Positions 7,954 through 16,346 of a DNA stretch of 39,222 nucleotides are shown here, piece by piece. A model generated the notes under the pieces. It worked only from the letters and a program-made list of their open reading frames with translations, was not told the origin of the DNA and ran no database searches. Where the stretch lies: the NCBI GenBank assembly GCA_902791785.1, contig CADAXH010000001.1:1-39222 (forward strand), given 5' to 3'. The position numbers were made by a program, and so were the translations under genes. The stretch comes from an uncultured Ruminococcus sp. GTDB lineage: Bacteria > Bacillota > Clostridia > Oscillospirales > CAG-272. The number at the start of each line of letters is the position of its first letter. Positions within the stretch are counted from its first letter, which is position 1.

Positions 7954-8892
7954 TTAGTATATAGGGAGATTTTTTACCATATTGTACTGAATGTTGTCTA
8001 TTATGATTATCAGTCTCTGTGCGTTTTTATCAACCTGGTATTTGCATTCAACGCTCGTTCCGTCGCTGTATTTCAGATAAACAGTTCCGCCGTATCCTTT
8101 CCAGGTTCCTGTTATTATCTCCTGACCCAGACGCATTTCAAACTTAAAGTTGTTGTCATAGCTGAAATTGAGCATCATAACGCCTGAAGCGCCGTTGCTT
8201 ATCCATGCTCCTTTGAGTTTTGCGTCATTAGATTTGCTCTCCGACGGATAGTTTGTCAGTTCAAATGTCAGTGTATAGTCACTCTGATTCTCTTTTCCAC
8301 CAAAAAACGAATAGCCGCTGATTTCTTTGCAGTACATCAGCATTGATTCACCGGTGTCATCGAATGTCGGAACAAATACTGCCACCGATGTTACACCTGT
8401 TGCGAGCGAGAAGAAAGAACATGTTATTTCTCCGTTCTCTGCAATTTCATACCTTCCGCAACTCTTGAATTCGTGTCTGAACTCATCTTTGCTTCCGCCG
8501 TATATTACTCCTGATTCAAACAGAAAATTGGATGCGGAACAGTTCATGGTCGGGTCATCAGACTTGACCACTTTCCACAGACGGCACAGCTGCTGTTCAA
8601 TCTGCTTCGGATCAACGACTGGTTCCTCTGTTGTTGTCTCTTCCTCTGTGGTTGTTGTTTCTTCAGTTGTAGTTACTTCTTCGGTTACAGTTGTAACTTC
8701 AACTGTTGTTGTTTCTTCTGTTGTAATCTTTTCTGACTCAGTTGTTTCTGTTGCAATGTCCGCTGTTTCAGAAACGCTTGTAGTTTCTTTGGTTATAACA
8801 GGTTCTGTACTTTCTTCTGTTTTCTTTCCTGCGCAGCCAAACAGCATTACGAGAAATGCAGCCGACAAAATTATTGCAAATGCTTTTTTCAT
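7954..8892 (-). CDS. Lipoprotein with a Thr/Glu-rich stalk and two lipocalin-like-looking C-terminal modules
   Basis: Signal peptide with lipobox MKKAFAIILSAAFLVMLFG-C. About 70-aa T/E-rich linker. The C-terminal region has G-x-W motifs (KGAWISNG, TGTWKGYGG) resembling lipocalin-like domains (resemblance only). Confidence 0.8.
   Translation of the reverse strand: MKKAFAIILSAAFLVMLFGCAGKKTEESTEPVITKETTSVSETADIATETTESEKITTEETTTVEVTTVTEEVTTTEETTTTEEETTTEEPVVDPKQIEQQLCRLWKVVKSDDPTMNCSASNFLFESGVIYGGSKDEFRHEFKSCGRYEIAENGEITCSFFSLATGVTSVAVFVPTFDDTGESMLMYCKEISGYSFFGGKENQSDYTLTFELTNYPSESKSNDAKLKGAWISNGASGVMMLNFSYDNNFKFEMRLGQEIITGTWKGYGGTVYLKYSDGTSVECKYQVDKNAQRLIIIIDNIQYNMVKNLPIY
8611..8823 (-). repeat. 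Low-complexity coding repeat (Thr/Glu stalk)
   Basis: Reiterated GTTGTTGTTTCTTC-type units on the + strand encode TTEETTT... Related to the repeat at 16557-16757. Confidence 0.7.
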
Positions 8893-8925
8893 AGTATTTT
8901 CCTTCTTTCCATTATGCTAATTCGA

Positions 8926-8957
8926 CGAAAAAAGCAATCCGGAATCTCACGGATTTG
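8926..8957 (-). terminator. Terminator-like hairpin inside the leader of the lipoprotein gene
   Basis: On the - strand: AATCCG-UGAGAUUC-CGGAUU (6-bp stem) followed by GCUUUUUUCG. Lies between the putative promoter (8970-8998) and the RBS. Confidence 0.35.
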
Positions 8958-8969
8958 TTGTCTACATGA

Positions 8970-8998
8970 ATTATATACTTAATATGTTTTTTCTTCAA
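8970..8998 (-). promoter_or_regulatory. Putative sigma-A promoter of the lipoprotein gene
   Basis: On the - strand: TTGAAG (8993-8998), 17-nt spacer, TATAAT (8970-8975). Confidence 0.45.
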
Positions 8999-9036
8999 TC
9001 CCGAATTCATTTTTCTCCAAAATATCAATTTCGCTA

Positions 9037-9065
9037 TTGTAAATTATCCGAACTTGATATAAAAT
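9037..9065 (+). promoter_or_regulatory. Putative sigma-A promoter of gap
   Basis: TTGTAA (9037-9042), 17-nt spacer, TAAAAT (9060-9065). An alternative extended -10, TGATATAAA, overlaps it. Confidence 0.45.
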
Positions 9066-9119
9066 ATCTCCGTATGGAAATTTTAAGTTCCAAAATACAA
9101 TCTTGGAGGATTTTTTATT

Positions 9120-10190
9120 ATGGCAGTAAGAGTTGCTATAAACGGATTTGGCAGAATCGGAAGACTTGCATTCCGCCAGATGTTCAATGCTGAGGGTTAT
9201 GAAATCGTTGCTATCAACGACTTGACAAGCCCAAAGATGCTCGCGCATCTTCTTAAATATGATACCGCTCAGGGCGGATACATGGGAAGAATCGGTGAAG
9301 GACTTCACACAGTTGATTCAAAAGAACCGGTTTTCGAAGAAGATGGAAAAACAGTAAAGGTTCCCGGCTCAATCACAGTTGACGGAAAAGAAATCACAAT
9401 ATATGCTATGCCTAAGGCACAGGATCTCCCGTGGGGCGAACTTGATGTTGACGTAGTTCTTGAATGCACAGGATTCTATACATCCAAAGCTAAATCACAG
9501 GCTCACATCGATGCAGGTGCTAAGAAAGTTGTTATTTCAGCTCCCGCAGGCAATGACCTTCCTACAATCGTATACAGCGTAAATGAAAAGACACTTACAA
9601 AAGATGACACAATCATTTCTGCTGCTTCTTGTACAACAAACTGCCTTGCTCCTATGGCTAAGGCTCTCAATGATTATGCTCCTATCCAGAGCGGTATCAT
9701 GAGCACAATCCATGCTTACACAGGCGACCAGATGATTCTCGACGGTCCTCATCGTAAAGGCGACCTCAGAAGAGCTCGTGCAGGCGCTGCAAACATCGTT
9801 CCTAACTCAACAGGCGCTGCTAAGGCAATCGGCCTTGTTATCCCGGAACTCAACGGCAAGCTCATCGGTTCAGCTCAGCGTGTTCCTGTTCCGACAGGTT
9901 CTACAACAATTCTCACAGCTGTAGTTAAGAAAGCTGACGTTACAGTTGAAGGAATCAACGCTGCTATGAAAGCTGCTTCAAATGAATCATACGGATACAA
10001 TGAAGATCAGATCGTTTCTTCTGACGTTATCGGCATGAGATACGGTTCACTCTTTGATGCTACACAGACAATGGTATCAAAGATTGCTGACGACCTCTAT
10101 GAAGTACAGGTTGTTTCATGGTATGACAATGAAAACAGCTACACAAGCCAGATGGTCAGAACAATCAAATATTTTGCTGAACTCAAATAA
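9120..10190 (+). CDS. gap: Type I glyceraldehyde-3-phosphate dehydrogenase
   Basis: N-terminal NAD-binding INGFGRIGR, catalytic [11 protein letters not shown]-terminal WYDNE. RBS GGAGGA. About 20 residues longer than typical GapA, from an insertion near residues 55-84. Confidence 0.95.
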   Translation: MAVRVAINGFGRIGRLAFRQMFNAEGYEIVAINDLTSPKMLAHLLKYDTAQGGYMGRIGEGLHTVDSKEPVFEEDGKTVKVPGSITVDGKEITIYAMPKAQDLPWGELDVDVVLECTGFYTSKAKSQAHIDAGAKKVVISAPAGNDLPTIVYSVNEKTLTKDDTIISAASCTTNCLAPMAKALNDYAPIQSGIMSTIHAYTGDQMILDGPHRKGDLRRARAGAANIVPNSTGAAKAIGLVIPELNGKLIGSAQRVPVPTGSTTILTAVVKKADVTVEGINAAMKAASNESYGYNEDQIVSSDVIGMRYGSLFDATQTMVSKIADDLYEVQVVSWYDNENSYTSQMVRTIKYFAELK

Positions 10191-10207
10191 TCTGAATTTA
10201 CTTTATA

Positions 10208-10239
10208 AATATGGCAGGCTGATGTCTGCCATATTTTTT
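10208..10239 (+). terminator. Intrinsic terminator of gap
   Basis: AATATGGCAG (10208-10217) / CTGCCATATT (10226-10235) stem whose 3' end runs into a T-run extending to 10239. Confidence 0.75.
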
Positions 10240-10249
10240 GGAGAATGCC

Positions 10250-12352
10250 ATGAAAAAATATGTTTTTAGAGAAGCTCTTCCCGTCTGGGCCAAAGGCAGG
10301 GAAAAAGAAATGAATTTGTGGCTCGACTTTGAAGCAACGGTGCCAAAGAGCGACAACTGCGTTCTTTGCCTGACAGGGAGCACAAACTATTCCATCAGAG
10401 TAAACGGCGAGTTTTTTGCATTTGGCCCCGCCAGATGCGGAAAAGGATTCTACAGGGTCGATGAACTGGATCTTTCCAAAGTACTGACTGAAAAGCAGAA
10501 CAAGCTGACCATCAGGGTTGCAGGATACTATTTCGCTTCATTCTATACTTTTGAACAGGATTCTTTTCTCTGCGCTGAAGTAGTTGAAAACGGAAAGGTT
10601 ATACTGTCAACCGGACACGGCGGTTTTGAATGTTCAGCTGTACCTGAATACGAGCAGAAGGCTCAGAAGTTCAGTTTGCAGAGAACATTTGTGGAAACAT
10701 ACAATATAGGAGCACCTGCTCTTCCCAAGCCTGAACTGGCAGTTTATCCACATAAGGAGTACATATTCCGCGATTCCGATTACAATACATACTTCCCCGT
10801 ATATGCTGACAGAATTATAGCAAAAGGACAGTTTCATGTAGGCGACCACAAAAGCGAATTCAGGTATCCCTACTACATAAACAGGAATGATTACAAAGCA
10901 TATTTCAGAGAACCTGAAACAGATGTTGCACTGATTTCGAGAAATATCGACCAGGATTCACTTGAAGACTACACTGCAGATGTATGCGGTGCACGTCTGA
11001 ATGAAGGCGAATACTACATGATTAAAATGCCTTACAATGTTACAGGCATGATTTCCATCACAGTTGACTGCGAAGGTGAGTGTGAACTTCTAATAAGACA
11101 TGACGAACTTCTGAGAGAAGGTCCGAAAACAAATATCAACTGGCGTGTTTCAAACACACTTGCCAACAACCTGATAAGAATCAAAGGAAAAGGAACGCAC
11201 CGGATTGAAACTCTTGAACCTTATACTATGCAATATGTTGAAATATATGCGCTAAAAGGTTCATTTACACTCAAAGACTATCACATCATCTTTTTCGGAG
11301 CAGACGAACCGAATGTCAGATACAACGGAAAGGATGAGATTGTCCAAAAGATATTTGATGCAGCTGTAATGACATACAGGGAGAACACTTTCACCGTATT
11401 CATGGACTGCCCGGAAAGAGAAAGAGCAGGCTGGCTGTGCGACAGTTTCTTCACGTCAAGAGTTGAAAAGACTCTATACGGAAAGAGCACGATAGAGCAT
11501 GTTTTCCTGGAGAATTTCCTTCTTCCGGATAAATTCGATGACATTCCTGAAGGTATGCTGCCAATGTGTTACCCAGGTGATTCATTCACAAAGCAATATA
11601 TAAATACCTGGGCAATGTGGTATGTAATCGAACTGAAAGAATACTATGACAGAACACGGGACAAAGCTTTGATAGACCAGGCAAAGGAACGGGTGTACAG
11701 ACTTAAATCCTGGATTGAACAGTACATAAACGATTCCGGACTGATTGAAAAGATTCCTGGATGGACTTTCGTTGAGTGGTCGCATGCCAATGACCTGACA
11801 ATGGACGTCAACTACCCTGTCAACATGGTTTACTCAGGAATGCTCGAAGCCATGGCATCTCTGTACGGAGACAAAGCATGTCAAAAGCAGTGCGAAGAAA
11901 TCCGGAAGACTATAAACGAACAGGCGCTGATTGGTGACTTCTACTGCGACAACGCAGTCAGGGACGAAAACGGCAATCTCAAATTGTCGGGCGAGATAAC
12001 GGAAGTCTGTCAGTATTATGCATTTTTCTTCAATGTGGCAACAAAAGAAAAGAATCCAAGACTGTGGAATATTCTTATCAATGATTTCGGTCCCGATCGT
12101 GCTGAAAAAGGTCTCTGGAAAGAAATCTGGCCTGCCAATGCATTCATAGGAAACTACCTGAGACTGGAAATACTTTACAGAAACAAATTCTATGAAACTT
12201 TGCTCGAGAACATCAAAGGATATTTCCAAGCAATGGCCGAACAGACGGGAACCCTCTGGGAGTATATGGCTCCACAGGCAAGCTGCTGTCATGGTTTTGC
12301 ATCTCATGTCCTCTACTGGCTTGACGGCATGGGAATGATTGACCATAACTGA
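10250..12352 (+). CDS. GH78-related (alpha-L-rhamnosidase-like) six-hairpin glycosidase, divergent
   Basis: Start set at the ATG at 10250 (MKKYVF) behind GGAGA. N-terminal beta-sandwich resembles the rhamnosidase N-domain (SIRVNGEFFAFGPAR...LTIRVAGYY). Core motif MDCPERERAGWLCD parallels the GH78 DCPQR(D)E-x-GWTGD motif. No signal peptide. Confidence 0.75.
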   Translation: MKKYVFREALPVWAKGREKEMNLWLDFEATVPKSDNCVLCLTGSTNYSIRVNGEFFAFGPARCGKGFYRVDELDLSKVLTEKQNKLTIRVAGYYFASFYTFEQDSFLCAEVVENGKVILSTGHGGFECSAVPEYEQKAQKFSLQRTFVETYNIGAPALPKPELAVYPHKEYIFRDSDYNTYFPVYADRIIAKGQFHVGDHKSEFRYPYYINRNDYKAYFREPETDVALISRNIDQDSLEDYTADVCGARLNEGEYYMIKMPYNVTGMISITVDCEGECELLIRHDELLREGPKTNINWRVSNTLANNLIRIKGKGTHRIETLEPYTMQYVEIYALKGSFTLKDYHIIFFGADEPNVRYNGKDEIVQKIFDAAVMTYRENTFTVFMDCPERERAGWLCDSFFTSRVEKTLYGKSTIEHVFLENFLLPDKFDDIPEGMLPMCYPGDSFTKQYINTWAMWYVIELKEYYDRTRDKALIDQAKERVYRLKSWIEQYINDSGLIEKIPGWTFVEWSHANDLTMDVNYPVNMVYSGMLEAMASLYGDKACQKQCEEIRKTINEQALIGDFYCDNAVRDENGNLKLSGEITEVCQYYAFFFNVATKEKNPRLWNILINDFGPDRAEKGLWKEIWPANAFIGNYLRLEILYRNKFYETLLENIKGYFQAMAEQTGTLWEYMAPQASCCHGFASHVLYWLDGMGMIDHN

Positions 12353-12366
12353 TTCATATTTGTTCA

Positions 12367-12408
12367 AACAGAAGCGCTGTATTTCCGGTGCTTCTGTTTT
12401 TGCATTTT
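12367..12408 (+). terminator. Intrinsic terminator after the GH78-like gene
   Basis: AACAGAAGC (12367-12375) / GCTTCTGTT (12390-12398) stem followed by TTTTGCATTTT. Confidence 0.65.
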
Positions 12409-12420
12409 ATGCATTTTTTG

Positions 12421-12449
12421 TTGCATAAATGAATAAAACGTGATACAAT
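12421..12449 (+). promoter_or_regulatory. Putative sigma-A promoter of tlyA-nadK-argR-recN
   Basis: TTGCAT (12421-12426), 17-nt spacer, extended -10 TGATACAAT (-10 hexamer 12444-12449). Confidence 0.55.
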
Positions 12450-12481
12450 ACCTTATATATATAACAGAGGATGTTTTTCGG

Positions 12482-13279
12482 ATGCGTGCTGATGTATTTT
12501 TGTATAAAAGTGGTATAGCAAAAAGCAGAACATCTGCCCAGTCATACATAGAATCAGGCGTATTGTATAAAGGAAAAAGAATAGACAAGCCTTCATTTGA
12601 CATTCCCGATGACACCTGCCCTGACGAGATTACCATATTGAGTCCGGCAAAATATGTCGGAAGAGGCGGTCTTAAACTGGAGAAAGCGATTGAATATTTC
12701 GGAATTGACGTCAAAGAAAAAACTGTTGTCGATCTTGGCGCTTCTACGGGAGGATTCACTGACTGCCTTCTTAAAAGCGGCGCTTCAAAAGTATATGCTG
12801 TTGACGTAGGGCACGACCAGCTTGACTCTTCCCTTTGCTCAGACAAAAGGGTAATAAATCTCGAGGGGACGGATGCCAGAACAATAACCGGGCAAATGTT
12901 CACAGAAGACATTTCAATTATCTGTTCGGATCTGTCTTTCATATCTCAGACAAAAGTATTTGCCGCAGTTTCTGATGTTCTGACCGACGGAGGATTGTTC
13001 GTCAGCCTCATAAAGCCACAGTTTGAAGCGGGTCACATTCACGCAAAAAACGGAATAATCAAGGATGTGAAAATTCATTTATCAGTAATTCACAACATAA
13101 TAGAAGAAGCAGAAAAATATAATCTCTATGCGGAGAATTTCACAATATCGCCTGTAAAGGGCGGAGACGGAAACACTGAATATCTCATTCTTTTGAAAAA
13201 GAACGGAAAAAGAATGGTTTCAGAAGAAAATATATTAAACACAGTTAAAAGCGAGGGCAAAAATGGAAGAAAGAATTAA
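12482..13279 (+). CDS. tlyA: TlyA-family rRNA 2'-O-methyltransferase (S4 domain plus FtsJ-like)
   Basis: Start set at MRADVFLYKSGIAKSRTSAQ (S4-like RNA-binding N-terminus). SAM motif VVDLGASTGGFTD. Conserved position upstream of nadK-argR-recN. Confidence 0.9.
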   Translation: MRADVFLYKSGIAKSRTSAQSYIESGVLYKGKRIDKPSFDIPDDTCPDEITILSPAKYVGRGGLKLEKAIEYFGIDVKEKTVVDLGASTGGFTDCLLKSGASKVYAVDVGHDQLDSSLCSDKRVINLEGTDARTITGQMFTEDISIICSDLSFISQTKVFAAVSDVLTDGGLFVSLIKPQFEAGHIHAKNGIIKDVKIHLSVIHNIIEEAEKYNLYAENFTISPVKGGDGNTEYLILLKKNGKRMVSEENILNTVKSEGKNGRKN

Positions 13280-14138
13280 GAGCGCTGCCATCTTTCCAAA
13301 CCCGGACAAAGACCCGGATTTTTCTTACACCAAGGAAGCGGTAAGAGTACTCACGGCGGCAGGAATCAAAGTTTGTGCAGACAGAAGATATCACTACTCT
13401 ATAGGGGAAAGACCCGGCGCAGTTGAGTACTACACATATATTGAAGACATGCTCAATGCTTCAGATTTTATAGTTGTACTCGGAGGTGACGGAACAATCC
13501 TGGAAATATGCGAAAGAGCCGCTCTTCACGAACTGCCAATAGTGGGCATTAACCTCGGCCATCTCGGATTTCTTGCAGCTGTAGAAAAAGACAACCTGGA
13601 AGAACTTTCCAAACTTGCAACCGATGAATACACCATTGACGAGAGAATGATGATGGAAATCCAGATTAGGGACGGAAGCATAACAAGAGAACTCTGCGCA
13701 CTGAATGACATAGTTGTATCAAGCAGCGTGAGTTCAAAAATTGCAAGTTTTGAAATATGCTGCGACGGATATTCCGCCATTGATCTGAAGGCGGACGGCA
13801 TCATAGTTGCAACCCCCACAGGCTCAACCGCTTATTCACTTTCAGCAGGCGGCCCTGTCATCGACACTTCAACTGAGACTTTCTGCGTCACACCAATCTG
13901 TCCGCACTCATTCTCTTCAAGGCCCGTTGTCTTCTCAGGAAACTCTTCCCTGACGATCAAGGGATCAACACAGTACAAACAAACGGATATCTGCGTTTGT
14001 GCAGACGGCAAGGAAGTATTCAAAGTCTCAGAAAACGCAGTGGTTGAAGTAATAAAGAGCGATTTGATAACAAGGCTCATAAGACTTGGCAGAAACCGTT
14101 TCTATGACATATTAAGCACAAAAATGTTCGGAAAGTGA
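13263..14138 (+). CDS. nadK: NAD(+) kinase
   Basis: GGDGT motif (VVLGGDGTILE), NE/D motif (ALNDIVV) and TPTGSTAYSLSAGGP. Overlaps the tlyA 3' end by 17 nt. Confidence 0.92.
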   Translation: MEERIKSAAIFPNPDKDPDFSYTKEAVRVLTAAGIKVCADRRYHYSIGERPGAVEYYTYIEDMLNASDFIVVLGGDGTILEICERAALHELPIVGINLGHLGFLAAVEKDNLEELSKLATDEYTIDERMMMEIQIRDGSITRELCALNDIVVSSSVSSKIASFEICCDGYSAIDLKADGIIVATPTGSTAYSLSAGGPVIDTSTETFCVTPICPHSFSSRPVVFSGNSSLTIKGSTQYKQTDICVCADGKEVFKVSENAVVEVIKSDLITRLIRLGRNRFYDILSTKMFGK

Positions 14139-14147
14139 TAATAAAAT

Positions 14148-14600
14148 ATGAAAAACAGCAGACACGCAAAAATACTTGAAATAATAAGCAACGAAGACAT
14201 TGATACACAGGAACTGTTGTCACAGAGACTGAGAGAATGCGGTTATGACGTCACCCAGGCCACTGTATCAAGAGACATCAACCAGCTTGGTCTTCTGAAA
14301 AAGCCCGGTGGCATTAATCACTATAAATATGTGGCTCCAGAATCAAAAGAGACAATTTTCGAGTCAAAATACAACAGCATTCTGAGAGAGACTGTCACTT
14401 CTTCCGACTATGCAGGCAACATAATAGTAATCAAGACGTTTCCGGGTATGGCAAACGCTGCTGCTGCAGCAATTGACCATGTTGCCAAGAACAGAATTGT
14501 GGGCAGCCTTGCAGGAGATGATACTATATTCATCGTTACAAAAACAGAAGAAGAAGCGCTTTTCTTCTCAAACCAGATCAATGAATCTCTGAAAAAATAA
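14148..14600 (+). CDS. argR: Arginine repressor
   Basis: 150 aa. Winged-helix N-terminus (GYDVTQATVSRDINQLGL) and a C-terminal oligomerisation/arginine-binding domain with GDDTIF. Confidence 0.9.
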   Translation: MKNSRHAKILEIISNEDIDTQELLSQRLRECGYDVTQATVSRDINQLGLLKKPGGINHYKYVAPESKETIFESKYNSILRETVTSSDYAGNIIVIKTFPGMANAAAAAIDHVAKNRIVGSLAGDDTIFIVTKTEEEALFFSNQINESLKK

Positions 14601-14619
14601 TTACCAGAAGGATTAAACC

Positions 14620-16290
14620 ATGTTATCTGAGCTGCAGATAAACAATATAGCCATAATCAAGGAGCAAACTTTAAAATTTGCTCCTGGTTTTAATGTTCTG
14701 ACCGGCGAAACCGGTGCGGGAAAATCCATAATCATAGGCTCGGTCGGCCTTATCACCGGAGCTAGGGCATCGAGAGAGAGTCTGAGGTCCGGAGAAAAGA
14801 AAGCAGTTGTCACCGCATTATTCACAGACATCAGCAGCCACACGCAATCACAGCTTGAACAATTCGGAATAACAGTCGAAAACAACGAACTCTCCATTTC
14901 CAGAGAGATAAATGAATCAGGCAACGGAGCTGCAAGAATAAACGGCAAATCAATACCGGTTTCCCAACTGAAAGACATTACTCCTCTTCTCATCAACATC
15001 CACGGGCAGCATGCCAGCCAGGCATTGCTCGATGAAGAAAACCACATCAAATACCTTGACGAATTTTCAGATGTTGAAAAAGAGCTCAGTGATTACTCTG
15101 TGCTTTTTTCCAAAGCATCGGATATAAAGTCAAGAATTGCCGATCTCACCAAAGACACCAGAGAAAAAAACAGACGGATCGAAATGCTGAAATTTCAGAT
15201 TGGTGAAATCGGGGATGCATCTTTGAAGTCCGGCGAGGAAGAAGAACTTGACAGACTGAGAATCAAAGCGGAAAATGCTGAAAAGCTCTCCAAATACGCC
15301 AAATTCGTTTATAAGGCACTCTACAGGAATGAAAAAGGAAATTCCGCATCAGACCTTGCTGTAAAAGCTACCGAAGCACTGGGCGCTTTGAGCGATGTTC
15401 TTCCCAAGTCCTCTGAGTATTCAGACTATCTGACAAATTTCACTTACATGTGCGAAGACATTGCAGAGACCGTCATGAAAGAATGCGGAACAGACATCAA
15501 GGATCCAGAAAAGCTTCTTGATCAGATTGAATCAAGACTTGATTTAATAAGAACACTGAAAAGAAAATACGGAAACACCGTAGAAGAAATAGTCGAATTC
15601 AAGGACAAAGCCGAAAAAGAACTGAACACACTGGAAACGGCAGATGACACGATTGTTGACCTGAAAAACGAGCTTGATACTATTACCAAAGAAATGGCTT
15701 CCATTTCGACTGTCATATCAAAGAAAAGAAGGATGGCGGCAGATGCACTGGAAGAACGGATGACAAAGGAGCTTATGTTCCTGGAAATGAATAAGGTTCG
15801 TTTTTCAGTAGACATGGCCAAATCTGATATTTACAGGCCCGACGGGACAGATGTTGTAAGATTCCTCATTTCTGCTAATGCCGGGGAGCCTCTCGCACCT
15901 CTTGCGAAAATCGCTTCAGGCGGCGAACTGTCGAGAACCATGCTCGCATTAAAGAGTGCCCTTTCAGACAAAGAAAAAACCCCAACCCTGATTTTCGATG
16001 AAATAGATACCGGAATATCCGGCAAGACATCGTACAAGCTTGGAGTCAAACTGAAATCGTGTTCAGAAACAGCTCAGGTCATCTGCGTCACCCATTCTCC
16101 CCAGATTGCTTCTCAGGCGGACTGCCACATGCTTGTTTCAAAACATGAAGAAAACGGCAGGACCCTGACAGTTGTCAAAGAACTTAACAAAGAAGGAAGA
16201 ATCAGGGAAATTGCGAGAATAATAGGATCTGAGAAAATCACCGACAAGACGCTTAAAGCTGCTGAAGAAATGCTTTGCGAAAACAAATAG
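14620..16290 (+). CDS. recN: DNA repair protein RecN
   Basis: 556 aa. Walker A GETGAGKS near the N-terminus, long coiled-coil middle, SGGELSR signature and Walker B LIFDEIDTG at the C-terminus. Confidence 0.95.
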   Translation: MLSELQINNIAIIKEQTLKFAPGFNVLTGETGAGKSIIIGSVGLITGARASRESLRSGEKKAVVTALFTDISSHTQSQLEQFGITVENNELSISREINESGNGAARINGKSIPVSQLKDITPLLINIHGQHASQALLDEENHIKYLDEFSDVEKELSDYSVLFSKASDIKSRIADLTKDTREKNRRIEMLKFQIGEIGDASLKSGEEEELDRLRIKAENAEKLSKYAKFVYKALYRNEKGNSASDLAVKATEALGALSDVLPKSSEYSDYLTNFTYMCEDIAETVMKECGTDIKDPEKLLDQIESRLDLIRTLKRKYGNTVEEIVEFKDKAEKELNTLETADDTIVDLKNELDTITKEMASISTVISKKRRMAADALEERMTKELMFLEMNKVRFSVDMAKSDIYRPDGTDVVRFLISANAGEPLAPLAKIASGGELSRTMLALKSALSDKEKTPTLIFDEIDTGISGKTSYKLGVKLKSCSETAQVICVTHSPQIASQADCHMLVSKHEENGRTLTVVKELNKEGRIREIARIIGSEKITDKTLKAAEEMLCENK

Positions 16291-16296
16291 TAAAAC

Positions 16297-16325
16297 GGGG
16301 CTACACAAGTAGCCCCACTGTTTTT
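16297..16325. terminator. Bidirectional intrinsic terminator between convergent recN and the lipoprotein gene
   Basis: GGGGCTAC-ACAA-GTAGCCCC (16297-16316) followed by ACTGTTTTT. AAAA precedes it on the + strand. Confidence 0.75.
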
Positions 16326-16346
16326 AATTGTCTGTTTCGCTTTTAA

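Noticed and set aside
8611-8823. Periodic short repeats at 8611-8823 and 16557-16757 that could be mistaken for a CRISPR-like or satellite array.
   Set aside because: The units are 15 nt with no spacers. They are in frame inside ORFs and encode Thr/Glu stalks, so they are coding low-complexity repeats.
8979-9308. 109-aa ORF on the - strand spanning the gap promoter and the gap 5' end. Also a 73-aa ORF at 16963-17184 antisense to the T-box leader.
   Set aside because: They overlap well-supported regulatory elements and the gap coding region. They have no RBS and no recognisable domain.
10744-10752. Perfect DnaA box TTATCCACA.
   Set aside because: It is a single occurrence inside the GH78-like coding region. 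There is no cluster of boxes, no AT-rich unwinding element, and no dnaA/dnaN nearby. Chance is the expected explanation.
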